Assembly: GCF_032444005.1 (NCBI RefSeq)
Contig: NC_091291.1
Span: forward strand, 143,902,001-143,966,000
DNA: 64,000 bases
Direction of reading: 5' to 3'
From: Ranitomeya imitator
Taxonomy: Eukaryota
Made by a program: the position numbers and the translations under genes. Position 1 is the stretch's first letter. The number at the start of each line of letters is the position of its first letter. The notes under the pieces are model-generated. The model was not told where the DNA came from. It searched no databases and saw only the letters and a program-made list of their open reading frames with translations. Below, piece after piece: positions 63,376 through 64,000 of this stretch.

Positions 63376-63598
63376 AACCCTATCCACAGCCTTATCCCTA
63401 TCCCTGTCCGCAGCCTTATCCCTATCCCTATCCGCAGCCTTATCCCTAACCCTATCCGCAGCCTTATCCCTAACCCTATCCACAGCCTTATCCCTATCCC
63501 TATCCGCAGCCTTATCCCTAACCCTATCCACAGCCTTATCCCTAACCCTATCCACAGCCTTATCCCTAACCCTATCCACAGCCTTATCCCTAACCCTA
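63376..63598. repeat. 24-bp tandem repeat containing CCCTAA/CCCTAT hexamers
   Basis: CCCTAACCCTATCCACAGCCTTAT, about 9 copies. Confidence 0.92.
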
Positions 63599-64000
63599 GG
63601 CCTAAACTTTTATTATATTTGCTTTTTTTTTCCTTTACAAGGGACAATGTGATACATATCAGACATCTCACTACCAGTTCTCTGTTTTTCCTTTCACAAA
63701 ATCACAAGTGAGAGAAGAGGCAGAAAACTGCAGCATAGAAAAGTGTAGCACATGTGCATTGCACGTGTTTCGGCTGTCTTGCTTGGCCTCTTTCATCTCG
63801 GTTGCTGCCTATGCAGAGCACAAGCTAATGCAATAATCAAGAAGCACGTTCTATATATAGAGGCTGAGAGCATGATAGATTTAAGCTCTCCCAATATAAT
63901 AGTCAAAGAATTGCAAAAGCGGAGTACTCCAACAATACCATAAACAACGATAAAAAAGGAGCAGCATAGGACCACTAAGTAATAATATACAAAAATACGA

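Noticed and set aside
63376-63598. True telomere or interstitial telomeric array
   Set aside because: Not a pure (TTAGGG)n tract; hexamers are embedded in a 24-bp unit.
63760-63797. Minus-strand GGC...GCC-GAAAC-ACGT-G resembling a hammerhead
   Set aside because: No CUGANGA core, no NUH triplet and no convincing stem I; too degenerate to call.

Overview
Eukaryotic, repeat-dominated vertebrate DNA. The mix of Tc1, L2, CR1, Penelope, Gmr1-Gypsy, hAT, palindromic MITEs and 35-bp AT-rich satellite suggests an anuran amphibian (inference). There is no prokaryotic gene structure, CRISPR, rRNA or tRNA, and no host protein-coding gene I can name. Nearly all long ORFs are decayed transposon genes or stop-free tandem-repeat artefacts. 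Main contents: (1) three or more Tc1 copies, one structurally complete; (2) a young Penelope-like element (RT thumb + GIY-YIG) with a 622-bp inverted duplication; (3) a ~10-kb Gmr1-like Gypsy element (SCAN, integrase before RT) carrying nested CR1, palindromic and hAT insertions; (4) two L2 families, a V-SINE-like element, a solo LTR, a hAT transposase relic, many MITEs and minisatellites; (5) short unique islands that look regulatory, one with a candidate first coding exon. Most interesting: a 233-bp non-coding insertion with a 13-bp TSD that carries an apparently intact type I hammerhead ribozyme plus a CTCF-like motif (retrozyme-like). A second truncated copy and other hammerhead-like motifs also occur in the window. 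Also notable are a 2A/StopGo-like motif in L2 ORF2 and non-canonical REST/RE1 sites in both arms of a MITE.
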